IMG/VR virus record: IMGVR_UViG_3300024999_000343
Coordinates: 1-26,511 of that record
Direction: 5' to 3' (one strand)
DNA from: a virus
Lineage: Duplodnaviria > Caudoviricetes
Length of the DNA stretch: 26,511 nt
In this document: piece by piece, positions 9,667 to 19,073 of the stretch
Numbering within the stretch: position 1 is the stretch's first letter
Layout of the letters: each line of letters opens with the position of its first letter
The notes under the pieces: model-generated
What the model saw: the letters and a program-made list of their open reading frames with translations, nothing else
Database searches by the model: none
Told to the model about the DNA's origin: nothing
Program-made: the position numbers and the translations under genes

Positions 9667-9973
9667 CCTCTTCCGATAAATTACCTATTAAAATAACTAA
9701 ATCATCTTTGAATATTTCTTGTGCTTCAATACTTCCAAAACTTCTTATAATAGTATATACACCATTATTATCTTTATTTTTAATACATATAGCTTCATCT
9801 GTTCTTGTAATCTTCAATATATCACCTTTAATATATGTACTTTTTAAAAATTTAACTTTTGTTTCTTCAATACTATAATTATCAATAAATTTATCTCTTG
9901 ATTTAGTTTCATTAAAATACTTTAATTCATCTTCACACATATCTATACCTTCTCCTTCTCTCTCTCTCCACAT
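9656..9973 (-). CDS. hypothetical protein
   Basis: ORF in the co-directional cluster, overlapping its neighbours. Confidence 0.6.
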   Translation of the reverse strand: MWREREGEGIDMCEDELKYFNETKSRDKFIDNYSIEETKVKFLKSTYIKGDILKITRTDEAICIKNKDNNGVYTIIRSFGSIEAQEIFKDDLVILIGNLSEEDEE

Positions 9974-10140
9974 TAATCAATCCTCAAACAATTATTCTCA
10001 CCACATCGAGGACATACACTATCTCTATCATCATCAAAACTTAATAATCCACCATGTTCCTTGACTAATTCAACTAAACTATCTAAATCGTCTGTATCTC
10101 CAGAATCATAAATATTACACTTAAAACAATACGCATACAT
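9973..10140 (-). CDS. small zinc-ribbon-like protein
   Basis: GGAGG SD before ATG at 10140; CFKC...CPRC. Confidence 0.65.
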   Translation of the reverse strand: MYAYCFKCNIYDSGDTDDLDSLVELVKEHGGLLSFDDDRDSVCPRCGENNCLRID

Positions 10141-10157
10141 AATAATTCCTCCAATAT

Positions 10158-10186
10158 AAAAAGTAGGCACTAAAAAGCACCTACTT
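10158..10186 (-). terminator. intrinsic terminator
   Basis: AAGTAGGTGCT-loop-AGTGCCTACTTTTT. Confidence 0.65.
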
Positions 10187-10197
10187 CCATTTTATTC

Positions 10198-11022
10198 TTA
10201 TCCTTTATTATAATATATTATATTATCTTTTATATCACTCATATCACTTTCAAATGTAACCTTAATTCTATCATCCAAACTACAATCATAAATTGTTTTA
10301 ATAAATCCCATTACCTCACTAAAATCAAAATCATCCATCTCAATTTGAAATTTCTTATTATTCATTAAAAAGTACAGCATTTCATCTAATTCACATGTTT
10401 CAATAATATCCTTTTTATCAAAAAGTATTTTAAATTGAATCTCTTCATATACACTTCTGATTATTTTAACACTATCACTTACATATACTTCACCATATTT
10501 ATTATTTCTTCCAAGAAAACATATAGCATCTTCAATATCTTCTATATGAATATCATTATAATTTCTACTGTCATTTAATTCTTTTAACATACACCTTATA
10601 TTAGGCTTAACTTTTTCCATTAACTTTGTATTATCTTTTATTAATATTGAATTATCTTTCATTAATTCATCATTCTGCTTTTCATAAGCATCCAATAAAT
10701 CTAATACCTTTTCAATAGGTACTCTCTTGTCAATCTTACTAATAATTTCTTTCAATTTATTATATTCTTTTTCCCATATATCATTATGTTCTTTAAATTT
10801 TACAACATCATCAATGATATAATCTATAACACCATCATAAGAACAACTTTTAAATTTATTATCACAAACATATTCTGAACTTTTACAAAATAATCTATGT
10901 TCATGTTTTCTTTTAATTTTTTCATATTCATTTAATCTTGCTTTCAACTCTTCAATTTCTTTTTCTAATGCTTGTTTATTATTCTCTAACATATTAATCT
11001 TCCATCCTGTTTGATATTTCAT
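10198..11022 (-). CDS. hypothetical coiled-coil protein
   Basis: 274 aa, GGGAG SD, coiled-coil segments. Confidence 0.65.
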   Translation of the reverse strand: MKYQTGWKINMLENNKQALEKEIEELKARLNEYEKIKRKHEHRLFCKSSEYVCDNKFKSCSYDGVIDYIIDDVVKFKEHNDIWEKEYNKLKEIISKIDKRVPIEKVLDLLDAYEKQNDELMKDNSILIKDNTKLMEKVKPNIRCMLKELNDSRNYNDIHIEDIEDAICFLGRNNKYGEVYVSDSVKIIRSVYEEIQFKILFDKKDIIETCELDEMLYFLMNNKKFQIEMDDFDFSEVMGFIKTIYDCSLDDRIKVTFESDMSDIKDNIIYYNKG

Positions 11023-11048
11023 AATTATATCTCCCTTTTCTATTTAAT

Positions 11049-11246
11049 TTAAAAATACATAATCCTATTCATTTCACAATAAGCCTTCAATTTATCCTCT
11101 GTCCTATACCATTTTTCTTGTTCAATGCAAAAAGGTATAACTTTTATAATACAACCATATGTAATATATAATTTGTTATATCCTTCCATAAAACTAAATG
11201 ATTCTTTCCAAAACCATATGAAATTCTTAATGAATCTTATAATCAT
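11049..11246 (-). CDS. hypothetical protein
   Basis: 65 aa, AAGG SD. Confidence 0.55.
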   Translation of the reverse strand: MIIRFIKNFIWFWKESFSFMEGYNKLYITYGCIIKVIPFCIEQEKWYRTEDKLKAYCEMNRIMYF

Positions 11247-11264
11247 ATTTATATTACCTTTCTA

Positions 11265-11786
11265 TTATATATTTCTAACTAAAACACGTTCACCCATTTC
11301 ATTTATCTCTTCACACAAAGTATCTCTATTAACTAACAATCCAACTGAAGAATAAACATATCTACCATTAATATAATTTCCACATTTTTTCTTCCTAAAT
11401 CTACCACTATCTTTATTTTCACTAATCCATTGCTGTAACTCCTTCACAGGAATAATATATAAAATATTAACTTTATCAAAAAAATAAAACAAGTAATCAG
11501 CTTCAGTATAAATCAAACATCCTTCTGTACCTTTATTATCATTAGAAATAAGTTCCAAGAAAAAATTTCCTGTGTGATAGTAAGTGTCACACTTTATTTC
11601 AATACTGACATTCTTCCCTTTATGAAATTGTACAATATAATCAATATCTTTTTTCTGATAATCTCTATCATCTGACACATCAATCACATTTTTAACACTT
11701 TCTCTACTCATTAGCCAATCATAAACTATATTTTCACCTTTTTTACCTACCTTTATCGAATCAGCAAAATTATGTTGTATGCTCAT
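11265..11786 (-). CDS. PD-(D/E)XK-family nuclease-like protein
   Basis: GKKGE...DIDY...IEIKCD...NFFLE motif pattern. Confidence 0.65.
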   Translation of the reverse strand: MSIQHNFADSIKVGKKGENIVYDWLMSRESVKNVIDVSDDRDYQKKDIDYIVQFHKGKNVSIEIKCDTYYHTGNFFLELISNDNKGTEGCLIYTEADYLFYFFDKVNILYIIPVKELQQWISENKDSGRFRKKKCGNYINGRYVYSSVGLLVNRDTLCEEINEMGERVLVRNI

Positions 11787-12245
11787 TTATTCCTCCCTCT
11801 GCAAATAAAAAGAAGCCAACGCAATAGCATCAGCTTCATCTTCACTTACTTCAATTCCATATAATTCTTTAACTTTTAATTGAGTGTTAAATTTTTGTTC
11901 TTTACGTTTACGCCCTTTAATACCTAATCCACTTCGCCATTTAGTAGGTTCGATTATAAAAAATTTTAATTCAAATTCATGTAGAATGTTTATAATAGAA
12001 CCTTGAAGTTGACATAATTGCTTTAATGTTAAAACATTATTTTGATATTGTGTATCCTCAAACAACACTATTTCAGGTTTATGTAGTATGATACTTTGTT
12101 TGATTAATTCACTCATTAACTTAATTCTTTTTATGTAGTTTAATTCTTCATTAACTTCTAATTTACCAAATGTAACTAATTCTTTATTATTGAATACTGA
12201 ATAACCTGTTATTTTTGTTGCTTGGTCATATGAACAAATTTTTAT
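11787..12245 (-). CDS. RuvC-like Holliday junction resolvase; probable ATA start at 12245 (alternative ATG at 12260)
   Basis: KICSYDQATKITGYSVF, VLFED, PTKWR and DEADAIA motifs. GGAGG lies 8 nt before the ATA. The ORF-track N-terminus (12374) runs through a terminator. Confidence 0.8.
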   Translation of the reverse strand: MKICSYDQATKITGYSVFNNKELVTFGKLEVNEELNYIKRIKLMSELIKQSIILHKPEIVLFEDTQYQNNVLTLKQLCQLQGSIINILHEFELKFFIIEPTKWRSGLGIKGRKRKEQKFNTQLKVKELYGIEVSEDEADAIALASFYLQREE

Positions 12246-12264
12246 TTTATTTTCCTCCATCCTA

Positions 12265-12292
12265 TTGACATTCTTATATTTTGTGATATACT
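12265..12292 (+). promoter_or_regulatory. sigmaA-type promoter, antisense to the early genes
   Basis: TTGACA-16-TATACT with extended TG. Confidence 0.5.
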
Positions 12293-12332
12293 TACAATGA
12301 GATATTATTGACTTTTTGCAAAAAAAACACAT

Positions 12333-12358
12333 AAAAAAACTACTCATTAAAGAGTAGC
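12333..12358 (-). terminator. intrinsic terminator
   Basis: GCTACTC-loop-GAGTAGTTTTTTT. Confidence 0.7.
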
Positions 12359-12508
12359 TATATAAATCCCACATAATATTAAATTTGTACTTAAAAATAA
12401 TATAAAACTTCTTTTATTTGATTTAATTTCTTCAACCTGCATTTTTATTTTCATCATTTCAGGAGATAAAAAAGGTACATCAAATTTTTTCATATCTAAA
12501 TGTTTCAT
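12347..12508 (-). CDS. 53-aa protein with hydrophobic C-terminus
   Basis: Not in the ORF track. GGAGG 8 nt before ATG; MKHLDMKKFDVPFLSPEMMKIKMQVEEIKSNKRSFILFLSTNLILCGIYIATL*. Confidence 0.6.
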   Translation of the reverse strand: MKHLDMKKFDVPFLSPEMMKIKMQVEEIKSNKRSFILFLSTNLILCGIYIATL

Positions 12509-12871
12509 TTAATTTTCCTCCGTAATACTATTGCCACGTTCTATAAGAAAATCTTGCACTCTTCTAACTTCTAAAATATCTTCAATAGAGAATATAACTA
12601 TATCATCCGCAAAAAAATCATATTCAAATATATTTTCATTAATACCTAAGATTCTTGCATCTACACTGTTCTTAGTATAATTCTTAATAATTCCTAAAAT
12701 ATCAGCATCATCCATAATTGAAATTTCTTCTTCAACGAAAAGAGCAGTTTTTAAAGTTTTTTCAACTTCCACCACTTCTTCATCAGTAAGATTAATATTT
12801 TTTACCAAATAAACTGTTTCATCTTCAAAAATTCTACCTTCTGGATTGTTTTTATTTAACCAATTTTTCAT
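12509..12871 (-). CDS. hypothetical acidic protein
   Basis: 120 aa, AAGGAG SD, own promoter upstream. Confidence 0.7.
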   Translation of the reverse strand: MKNWLNKNNPEGRIFEDETVYLVKNINLTDEEVVEVEKTLKTALFVEEEISIMDDADILGIIKNYTKNSVDARILGINENIFEYDFFADDIVIFSIEDILEVRRVQDFLIERGNSITEEN

Positions 12872-12912
12872 AATTCATTCTCCTTTTCTCAATTAATTAT
12901 TTTATTAATCTT

Positions 12913-12941
12913 ATCTTACTACATACTTAAAACAATGTCAA
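12913..12941 (-). promoter_or_regulatory. sigmaA-type promoter
   Basis: TTGACA-17-TAAGAT. Confidence 0.6.
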
Positions 12942-12990
12942 CATATATTTTGATAGATTATTATATTTATTTTCTTGATTGAGAAAAAGA

Positions 12991-13012
12991 AAAAACTACT
13001 CTTAGGAGTAGC
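12991..13012 (-). terminator. intrinsic terminator
   Basis: GCTACTC-CTAA-GAGTAGTTTTT; same stem as 12333-12358. Confidence 0.7.
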
Positions 13013-13177
13013 TTAATATACTTCACTAATTTTAATTTCTATATTATGCAAGTCTACACATGGTCTATATGTTCTAATTCTTCTCAATACGTTGTCTATG
13101 TCATTCGCTCTTCTTTTGCTCATGTAAAATTCTAAATTACATTCTGTCACTACAATTTTAACTTTTTCAATTTTCAT
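13013..13177 (-). CDS. hypothetical protein (54 aa)
   Basis: AAGGTGG SD before ATG at 13177; flanked by a promoter and a terminator. Confidence 0.6.
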   Translation of the reverse strand: MKIEKVKIVVTECNLEFYMSKRRANDIDNVLRRIRTYRPCVDLHNIEIKISEVY

Positions 13178-13214
13178 ATTGTCAACCACCTTTTCAATTA
13201 GTTTTATTATTTCA

Positions 13215-13243
13215 ATAATAACATTTGAATAATTAGTTGTCAA
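13215..13243 (-). promoter_or_regulatory. sigmaA-type promoter
   Basis: TTGACA-17-TATTAT with extended TG. Confidence 0.6.
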
Positions 13244-13260
13244 CAATTATTTTTTCTTTT

Positions 13261-13428
13261 CTATCCAAATCTACTCTTCCATTCATCAATATCAATTCCC
13301 ATTGTTTCTTTCAATGCTATTTTCAATTCTTCAATAACATCTATACCTTCATAAAATTCACTCAAATCACATACTTCTCTACCACAACAATCAATACAAT
13401 CTATGTCTTGATTCCCACAAGGTGACAA
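13261..13428 (-). CDS. 55-aa Cys-rich acidic protein
   Basis: TTG start after AAGGATGTGA; MSPCGNQDIDCIDCCGREVCDLSEFYEGIDVIEELKIALKETMGIDIDEWKSRFG*. Confidence 0.5.
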   Translation of the reverse strand: MSPCGNQDIDCIDCCGREVCDLSEFYEGIDVIEELKIALKETMGIDIDEWKSRFG

Positions 13429-13770
13429 TTTTCATATCACATCCTTTCCTCGGCAAAGTCCCCCTCTCTTAAACCTAACAATAACAATACTTTTGATTAA
13501 AATTTACCTCTAAATTAGCCAAAATCTGTCCACCCTCTCCACAGCTACAGGATGGCTAAATCTAACCACCCTTTCCACTGGTCTTTTAAACGCAAATTTA
13601 AGCCTAAATAAGACACTTAAATTATCTCTACCTAAACTTATACCTTTTAAAAATTATCTCTTAATCTAGCCTTAAAATTTCGCATTTTTACGCATAGCAA
13701 AAACTACTATAAACCTACTAATATTAATACTTTATAGACATAATTAAAAATAATTAATTTTTAGCTTATT

Positions 13771-14136
13771 TCACCACTTACCATCCTTATAATCCTGCAT
13801 CATTTTATCTTTTTCTTCTTCTGTCATATTGCCATTTAATTTCTTTCTGAATATTTGTAAGTTAAATTTTTCATCTTCATTAATTTCTCTTGTTTCTTGA
13901 CATTCTACTACTAATTTATCAATATTATTTTTTACTTCTATACAAATTTCTGTTATCTTATCATGTTCTTCCAATATTTTACTATTATCTTTCATCATTG
14001 ATTGTAAAATATAATTATTAACTAATATACAATTATTGTTAATTAACATGTATACTTCTAATTCTTTTTGCTTTTGATTCAATTTTTCAATTATTTTATC
14101 CTTCTTGCCAAATCCAAAATATTCTAATATTTTCAT
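13771..14136 (-). CDS. hypothetical protein
   Basis: 121 aa, AGGAGG SD. Confidence 0.7.
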   Translation of the reverse strand: MKILEYFGFGKKDKIIEKLNQKQKELEVYMLINNNCILVNNYILQSMMKDNSKILEEHDKITEICIEVKNNIDKLVVECQETREINEDEKFNLQIFRKKLNGNMTEEEKDKMMQDYKDGKW

Positions 14137-14137
14137 A

Positions 14138-14650
14138 TCATCCTCCTATTAAAAAATCAAATTCTTCTTTTAATTTATTAATAGACTTTTCTATAGTTCC
14201 AGGATAAATTTCATTTAAATCTTTTTTCAACATATGAGTAAAATAATATTTAACTGTCCTTTCAAAATCAAAATCAAAATCACGTAAAATTGTAAACATT
14301 TCTAATTCTTTATCATTCATATAATGTTTAATTTGATAATATTTTACCATATCTATTTTCTTAGTTTTATTTTCAACTGGTTTAAAATAATCTTCATCAA
14401 ATACTATTTTTTCTGGTATAATTCCTTGCAATTTTTGAATATGTTTTTTCAACTCAAATTCTTGTTCCTTTATTTCATACTCAGTAAATTCATTAGGATT
14501 AAATTTTAAAGTATTAAATAAATGATGTCTAATTGTTTTATCATAATCACAATCAAAATAAACAAACTTTTCTAATAAACCTAAAAAACCCTTTTCACTA
14601 TCATTTAAATCATTCCTACCTTTTAATTCTTCAATTTTCTTATTAATCAT
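14138..14650 (-). CDS. hypothetical protein
   Basis: AGGAGG SD before ATG at 14650 (MINKKIEELK). Confidence 0.7.
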   Translation of the reverse strand: MINKKIEELKGRNDLNDSEKGFLGLLEKFVYFDCDYDKTIRHHLFNTLKFNPNEFTEYEIKEQEFELKKHIQKLQGIIPEKIVFDEDYFKPVENKTKKIDMVKYYQIKHYMNDKELEMFTILRDFDFDFERTVKYYFTHMLKKDLNEIYPGTIEKSINKLKEEFDFLIGG

Positions 14651-14859
14651 ATTAAATTCCTCCTGTTTAAATTTATTGAGAAAGGTGTTACTACTAAGCA
14701 TATAGCCTTTTGTACGGAATAAACGTGTACACAATCCCTTACACCTTTCTCCTATTCCTTTTAAGAATCAATTTCATATGCTCTAAACCATTATAAAATA
14801 ATACTTTATTGGATATATTTTTCCACCAATGTGTAAATATATCCAATTTTTTTCAGGTA

Positions 14860-17496
14860 TTATTTAAATGCTTGCAAAAAGTTTTCTTTGTGTCCTTTGT
14901 AAAGAGCATTTAATAAATCTAATTTTCTTTGACATTCTTCAAATTCATCACTTAGCAATATTTTTACAACTGTTTCAATTTTAACCTTGTATTTTTTTAC
15001 TTGATACATTCCATCAGATATAACATCATCAATAGAATTATATTTTTCTTTCTTATCTATTTTACTATACTTTTCCATAAGTTTATATGTTGCTTCAATT
15101 GCTTTAATAGAATTTGACATTTTTACAACATTTTCAATAATACCTTTTACTTGTCTATCTTTTGCTTTACTTGTATCTACATCTTTTAAAAGTTTACTAT
15201 TATTCATAGTGATAGTATTTTTCCATTTTGCATCAGGTAAATTATCCATTGCATCAAACAAATAATCCATAGCTGTATCATAATGTTTAGTAGTTATTTT
15301 TTCATTTTGTGATACATATTTAAAGAAATCAGGTTTTTCTTTGCGTAACAATCCACTATCATATAAATATTTAATTTGTTCTGATATATCAATATCATAT
15401 AACCTCTTAGCACTATCTATAGATATCTCTGACAAAATTGTACAAATATCTATACAATTTAATAACTTATCTAAGTCTTTATTATTTTTATTTTTAATCC
15501 TATGCCAATACTCACTTAAAAATAGTGCTCCTAAATTAACTACTGTGCCTATATTGAATTGTGATTTTGCAAGGATATTGTCAATCTTAGCATGGTCACT
15601 AGAATTTACTGCATATGGTACAGGAGATTTAGCTACATTATTTACACAAACACGATAATTTGATTCATCACTTTTTATGTAACATTTTCTTGCTAATTCT
15701 AATAATTTACAATTGGAAAATAATACTAAATTATCACTATCAAGGTCTTGACCTGATAAGATTCGACAAATAGGGAAGTTTATAGAATTTACATAAATGA
15801 TATTATCACTCATTACAAAATAATCTTCAATGAATTTAACTTTCTTATTTTTCACTATCAATACATTAGATTGAGCAGTATGTGGATTTCTAAAGCCAAC
15901 ATATTCACAATTAAAATCATGCAATGTAGTATAAATTTCATTATCCTTTAATATCATTTTACTTTCCCATTCCTTAAAATTAAGGATACCTTTTTCAACT
16001 GGTAGTTGTCTTATAGCATGATATAATAATTCCTTACCGTTTCCAAGGATTGTACAGTAATCACCATTCAGTCTAATTTTACCTTTTTTAACGTGATTTA
16101 CATAATTATGAATATCTTTTGTTCTTTTGTTTTTGAATAAATCTAAATTAACTATATTCTTATTCTTCATATATAAATCAACTAACATATTGTTGCAATT
16201 TATATTATTTGCATTTTGCTTTAAATATTCAATATATGTATCATCATTATTTTTTAATTCCATTACATATTCACATTCAAAGAAACTTAAATCTTTCATA
16301 TCACTATATGAGATAGGCATACTGTTTAGCATCTGGTATGAAGTCTGTTGTAAAATATTATCTTCATAATCTCTACCTCTTTTTGATTCTTTATCATATT
16401 TAACAACACCAAATTGATTATTTTCTTTTTTAACTTTTTCTTTCCAATGTTTCCACATTTTAGGTTTACTACCTTTTATATCAGAAAATTTTAAGGCTTT
16501 CAATGATGCAGGAGTTAATATCATATGTATTTCACTAGCTAACATTGGTTCATTGAACATATTATTTATTTTCCATGTGTCAAAATCAATATCATCAGGA
16601 CAATTATCTCTAAGAAACTTTTGAATATCACATGCAAAAGCACAACATTTTGCCATATGTTGACGTAATAATTGCATTGTTTTACCTTCTGGAAAATATT
16701 CCAATTGTAGCAAACCTTCACCATCAAAAATATCATTTTCCATCATATAGTTATCTACTGGATTACTAACTAACTTACCTTCTTCATCCTTCTCAACTAC
16801 ATTACAATCAATAGGAAATATAGATTTAACATCATCAACAATAAGAATATTATCAGGATTAATTTTAATAAAATAATCTACACTTGAAGAAACTAAACTT
16901 TCATAGGCTAATAATGAAGGGAAATCACAATCATCTCTATCATCTAAATTCATTCCTAACCTTGCCCATTTAATCATTTCATATCTCATTGATTCCTTTA
17001 TAAAAAGTACCTGAGAAGTGCGACTTTTTGCACTACTCCGTTTGTAAACAGTATACCTTACTTTTTTACCTTCAATTTCTAATTCAAATCCATCTACATA
17101 TAATTTTTCTCTTAAATCGTCAATACTAATACTTTCCCAATCATCTTTACTTTTGAAGAATTCAATTCTAATATCCTCTTTATTTTTCTTTTTTATTGAT
17201 TTTGCTATGTCTTTTCCTGATTTAATACCTTTCCTGAATTTCACATTTATTATATCATTTGTCATTACTTTATTATATCTTTTGCTATCAAATGTTTTAA
17301 GTCCTGTTTCCTTTAATTTTACTAATTCTGAAGAATGAGGAAACATACCAACAAATGAAGTATGTAATTCTTTTTTCTCTGTGACTATTTTACCATTTTC
17401 ATCAATAATATAATTCTCTCTATTCATATTCTCATATAAATCTGCACCTTCAATAGACATAATATAAACATTATTATTTTTATTTTCTTTTTTCAT
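14860..17496 (-). CDS. YonO-like / RdRP-like single-subunit double-psi-barrel RNA polymerase
   Basis: 878 aa. Motifs YKRSSAKSR, IFDGEG, LLRQHMAKC, GFRNPH and LSGQDLDSD (DxDGD-type metal loop), followed by IG..VN and SIDSAKR. Confidence 0.82.
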   Translation of the reverse strand: MKKENKNNNVYIMSIEGADLYENMNRENYIIDENGKIVTEKKELHTSFVGMFPHSSELVKLKETGLKTFDSKRYNKVMTNDIINVKFRKGIKSGKDIAKSIKKKNKEDIRIEFFKSKDDWESISIDDLREKLYVDGFELEIEGKKVRYTVYKRSSAKSRTSQVLFIKESMRYEMIKWARLGMNLDDRDDCDFPSLLAYESLVSSSVDYFIKINPDNILIVDDVKSIFPIDCNVVEKDEEGKLVSNPVDNYMMENDIFDGEGLLQLEYFPEGKTMQLLRQHMAKCCAFACDIQKFLRDNCPDDIDFDTWKINNMFNEPMLASEIHMILTPASLKALKFSDIKGSKPKMWKHWKEKVKKENNQFGVVKYDKESKRGRDYEDNILQQTSYQMLNSMPISYSDMKDLSFFECEYVMELKNNDDTYIEYLKQNANNINCNNMLVDLYMKNKNIVNLDLFKNKRTKDIHNYVNHVKKGKIRLNGDYCTILGNGKELLYHAIRQLPVEKGILNFKEWESKMILKDNEIYTTLHDFNCEYVGFRNPHTAQSNVLIVKNKKVKFIEDYFVMSDNIIYVNSINFPICRILSGQDLDSDNLVLFSNCKLLELARKCYIKSDESNYRVCVNNVAKSPVPYAVNSSDHAKIDNILAKSQFNIGTVVNLGALFLSEYWHRIKNKNNKDLDKLLNCIDICTILSEISIDSAKRLYDIDISEQIKYLYDSGLLRKEKPDFFKYVSQNEKITTKHYDTAMDYLFDAMDNLPDAKWKNTITMNNSKLLKDVDTSKAKDRQVKGIIENVVKMSNSIKAIEATYKLMEKYSKIDKKEKYNSIDDVISDGMYQVKKYKVKIETVVKILLSDEFEECQRKLDLLNALYKGHKENFLQAFK

Positions 17497-17533
17497 AATA
17501 TAATCATCATCCCTTCGTCATTTTATTTTTTAT

Positions 17534-18808
17534 TTAAAATTTTCCACGATACCTTTTGACAATTCTATTTTCATCAATACAACTTTGACACCAATCATCT
17601 ACATCAGTAACTTCAGTATAGTATTCTTTGCAAATAATACATTTTTTTGCTTCTACTTTTTCTTCTCCCCAAATACTATTAATATCAATTTCATCATTAT
17701 CCCAAATATCTAATTCATCATTTTGTTCTTGCTTTTGTAAATATTCTTGAGTTATTTTTAAACTTTCAGGAACAATATCATCAGGATTCATTTGTTCTTC
17801 TTCTTCTTCATATTGATTAGCACCATATAAATCATTAATACCTTCAACTATTTCTGCATCTTCTTTTTCTATTCTTTTCTTTTTATCCTTTTTGCTTTCT
17901 TTATATTGCAATTCTTTATATTTTTCGTTTTCTGCTTTTAATTTTTCAATTTCTTCTTTGAGCAAATTATTTTCTAATTCTTTTTTAGTTAAACCATTAA
18001 TCTTTTGTTTTGTACTTCTCTTTTGATTAGATTTAGTTTTATCTGTTGGTATTAATCCTTGTGCATCAACTATATATTTTACTTGACTATTAAATGATTT
18101 TTCATCCTCATATAAACCAACAAATGTACTACAATAATGTTTATCAGGAGTAAGATAATCATTGCAATATCTAATTAAATTTAAATCATCTTGGAGTATC
18201 TTATTATATCTTTGAATACTTTTAGAATCAGTTATTAATGATTTTAATTTACTTTGAGTAATAAATCCAAAATTTGCTTCATTTTGCATTACTCTTCTAC
18301 AAGCAATATAATATCTAACCAAAGCAAATTTATTTAAACTTACACCTTTTATATGTTCAAATATTTTATCAATATCAATATTATCAATCTGAATAAATTG
18401 ATTTTTAGGTTTAGTTAATCCAATGTAAAATATAAAATCTATATTTTTAATATCATCAATTGTAATTAAATTATAATAAATATCTCTTAATTCAGTAATA
18501 TAAAATTCTTCTATGATATAATCTTTTTTATCTTTTATATCTTTATATTTATATTTATATTTTTTACTCATTAAAGATTTAATTGCTTCTTTAATAGTTT
18601 TAACTATTGTTCTATCTATTCTGCTATCTTTACGCATATAATCAATTAACATTTTAATAGAACATATACTTCTTGAAGTAGCATTATTAAAATTTCTATG
18701 TAATAAAGCAAGTATAGTTAATTCTTCATTACTTATATCCTTACTATCATAACAACTATGTGGTAAAATAATAAAACTTTTTTCTTTTTTCTCTAAATTC
18801 TCACTCAT
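17534..18808 (-). CDS. putative replication initiator (possible winged-helix N-terminus, coiled coil, C-terminal CxxC..CxxC)
   Basis: N-terminal 'FIILP...ISNEELTILALL...SIKML...IKEAIKSL' pattern resembles wHTH initiators. Adjacent to the iteron array. GGAGG SD before ATG at 18808. Confidence 0.5.
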   Translation of the reverse strand: MSENLEKKEKSFIILPHSCYDSKDISNEELTILALLHRNFNNATSRSICSIKMLIDYMRKDSRIDRTIVKTIKEAIKSLMSKKYKYKYKDIKDKKDYIIEEFYITELRDIYYNLITIDDIKNIDFIFYIGLTKPKNQFIQIDNIDIDKIFEHIKGVSLNKFALVRYYIACRRVMQNEANFGFITQSKLKSLITDSKSIQRYNKILQDDLNLIRYCNDYLTPDKHYCSTFVGLYEDEKSFNSQVKYIVDAQGLIPTDKTKSNQKRSTKQKINGLTKKELENNLLKEEIEKLKAENEKYKELQYKESKKDKKKRIEKEDAEIVEGINDLYGANQYEEEEEQMNPDDIVPESLKITQEYLQKQEQNDELDIWDNDEIDINSIWGEEKVEAKKCIICKEYYTEVTDVDDWCQSCIDENRIVKRYRGKF

Positions 18809-18823
18809 AATTATAACCTCCAT

Positions 18824-19012
18824 TTATTTATTATATTTATTTTTTAATTCTAATAACTCATTCAAAGCATTGATAAATTTATCTGATTTAACAAATGAAT
18901 ATCCTGTACCTTTATCATCATTATATTTGTAATATCTAAATCCTAAAAATGATAAAGCATCAGCTAAATATTTTTTATATATCACACGATAATTATTATT
19001 ATCATCTTTCAT
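18824..19012 (-). CDS. small DUF5659-like protein
   Basis: VIYKKYLADALSFLGF...YSF...F..AL pattern; AGGAGG SD. Confidence 0.5.
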   Translation of the reverse strand: MKDDNNNYRVIYKKYLADALSFLGFRYYKYNDDKGTGYSFVKSDKFINALNELLELKNKYNK

Positions 19013-19073
19013 AATTATCCTCCTAATTTTATTTATAAATCATAAAATGATTGCTTTAGCAATTATGAATATA

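Noticed and set aside
14860-17496. Reverse transcriptase, viral RdRp or T7-type RNAP
   Set aside because: No YxDD or T7-like motif arrangement was recognised; the motifs match two-barrel polymerases
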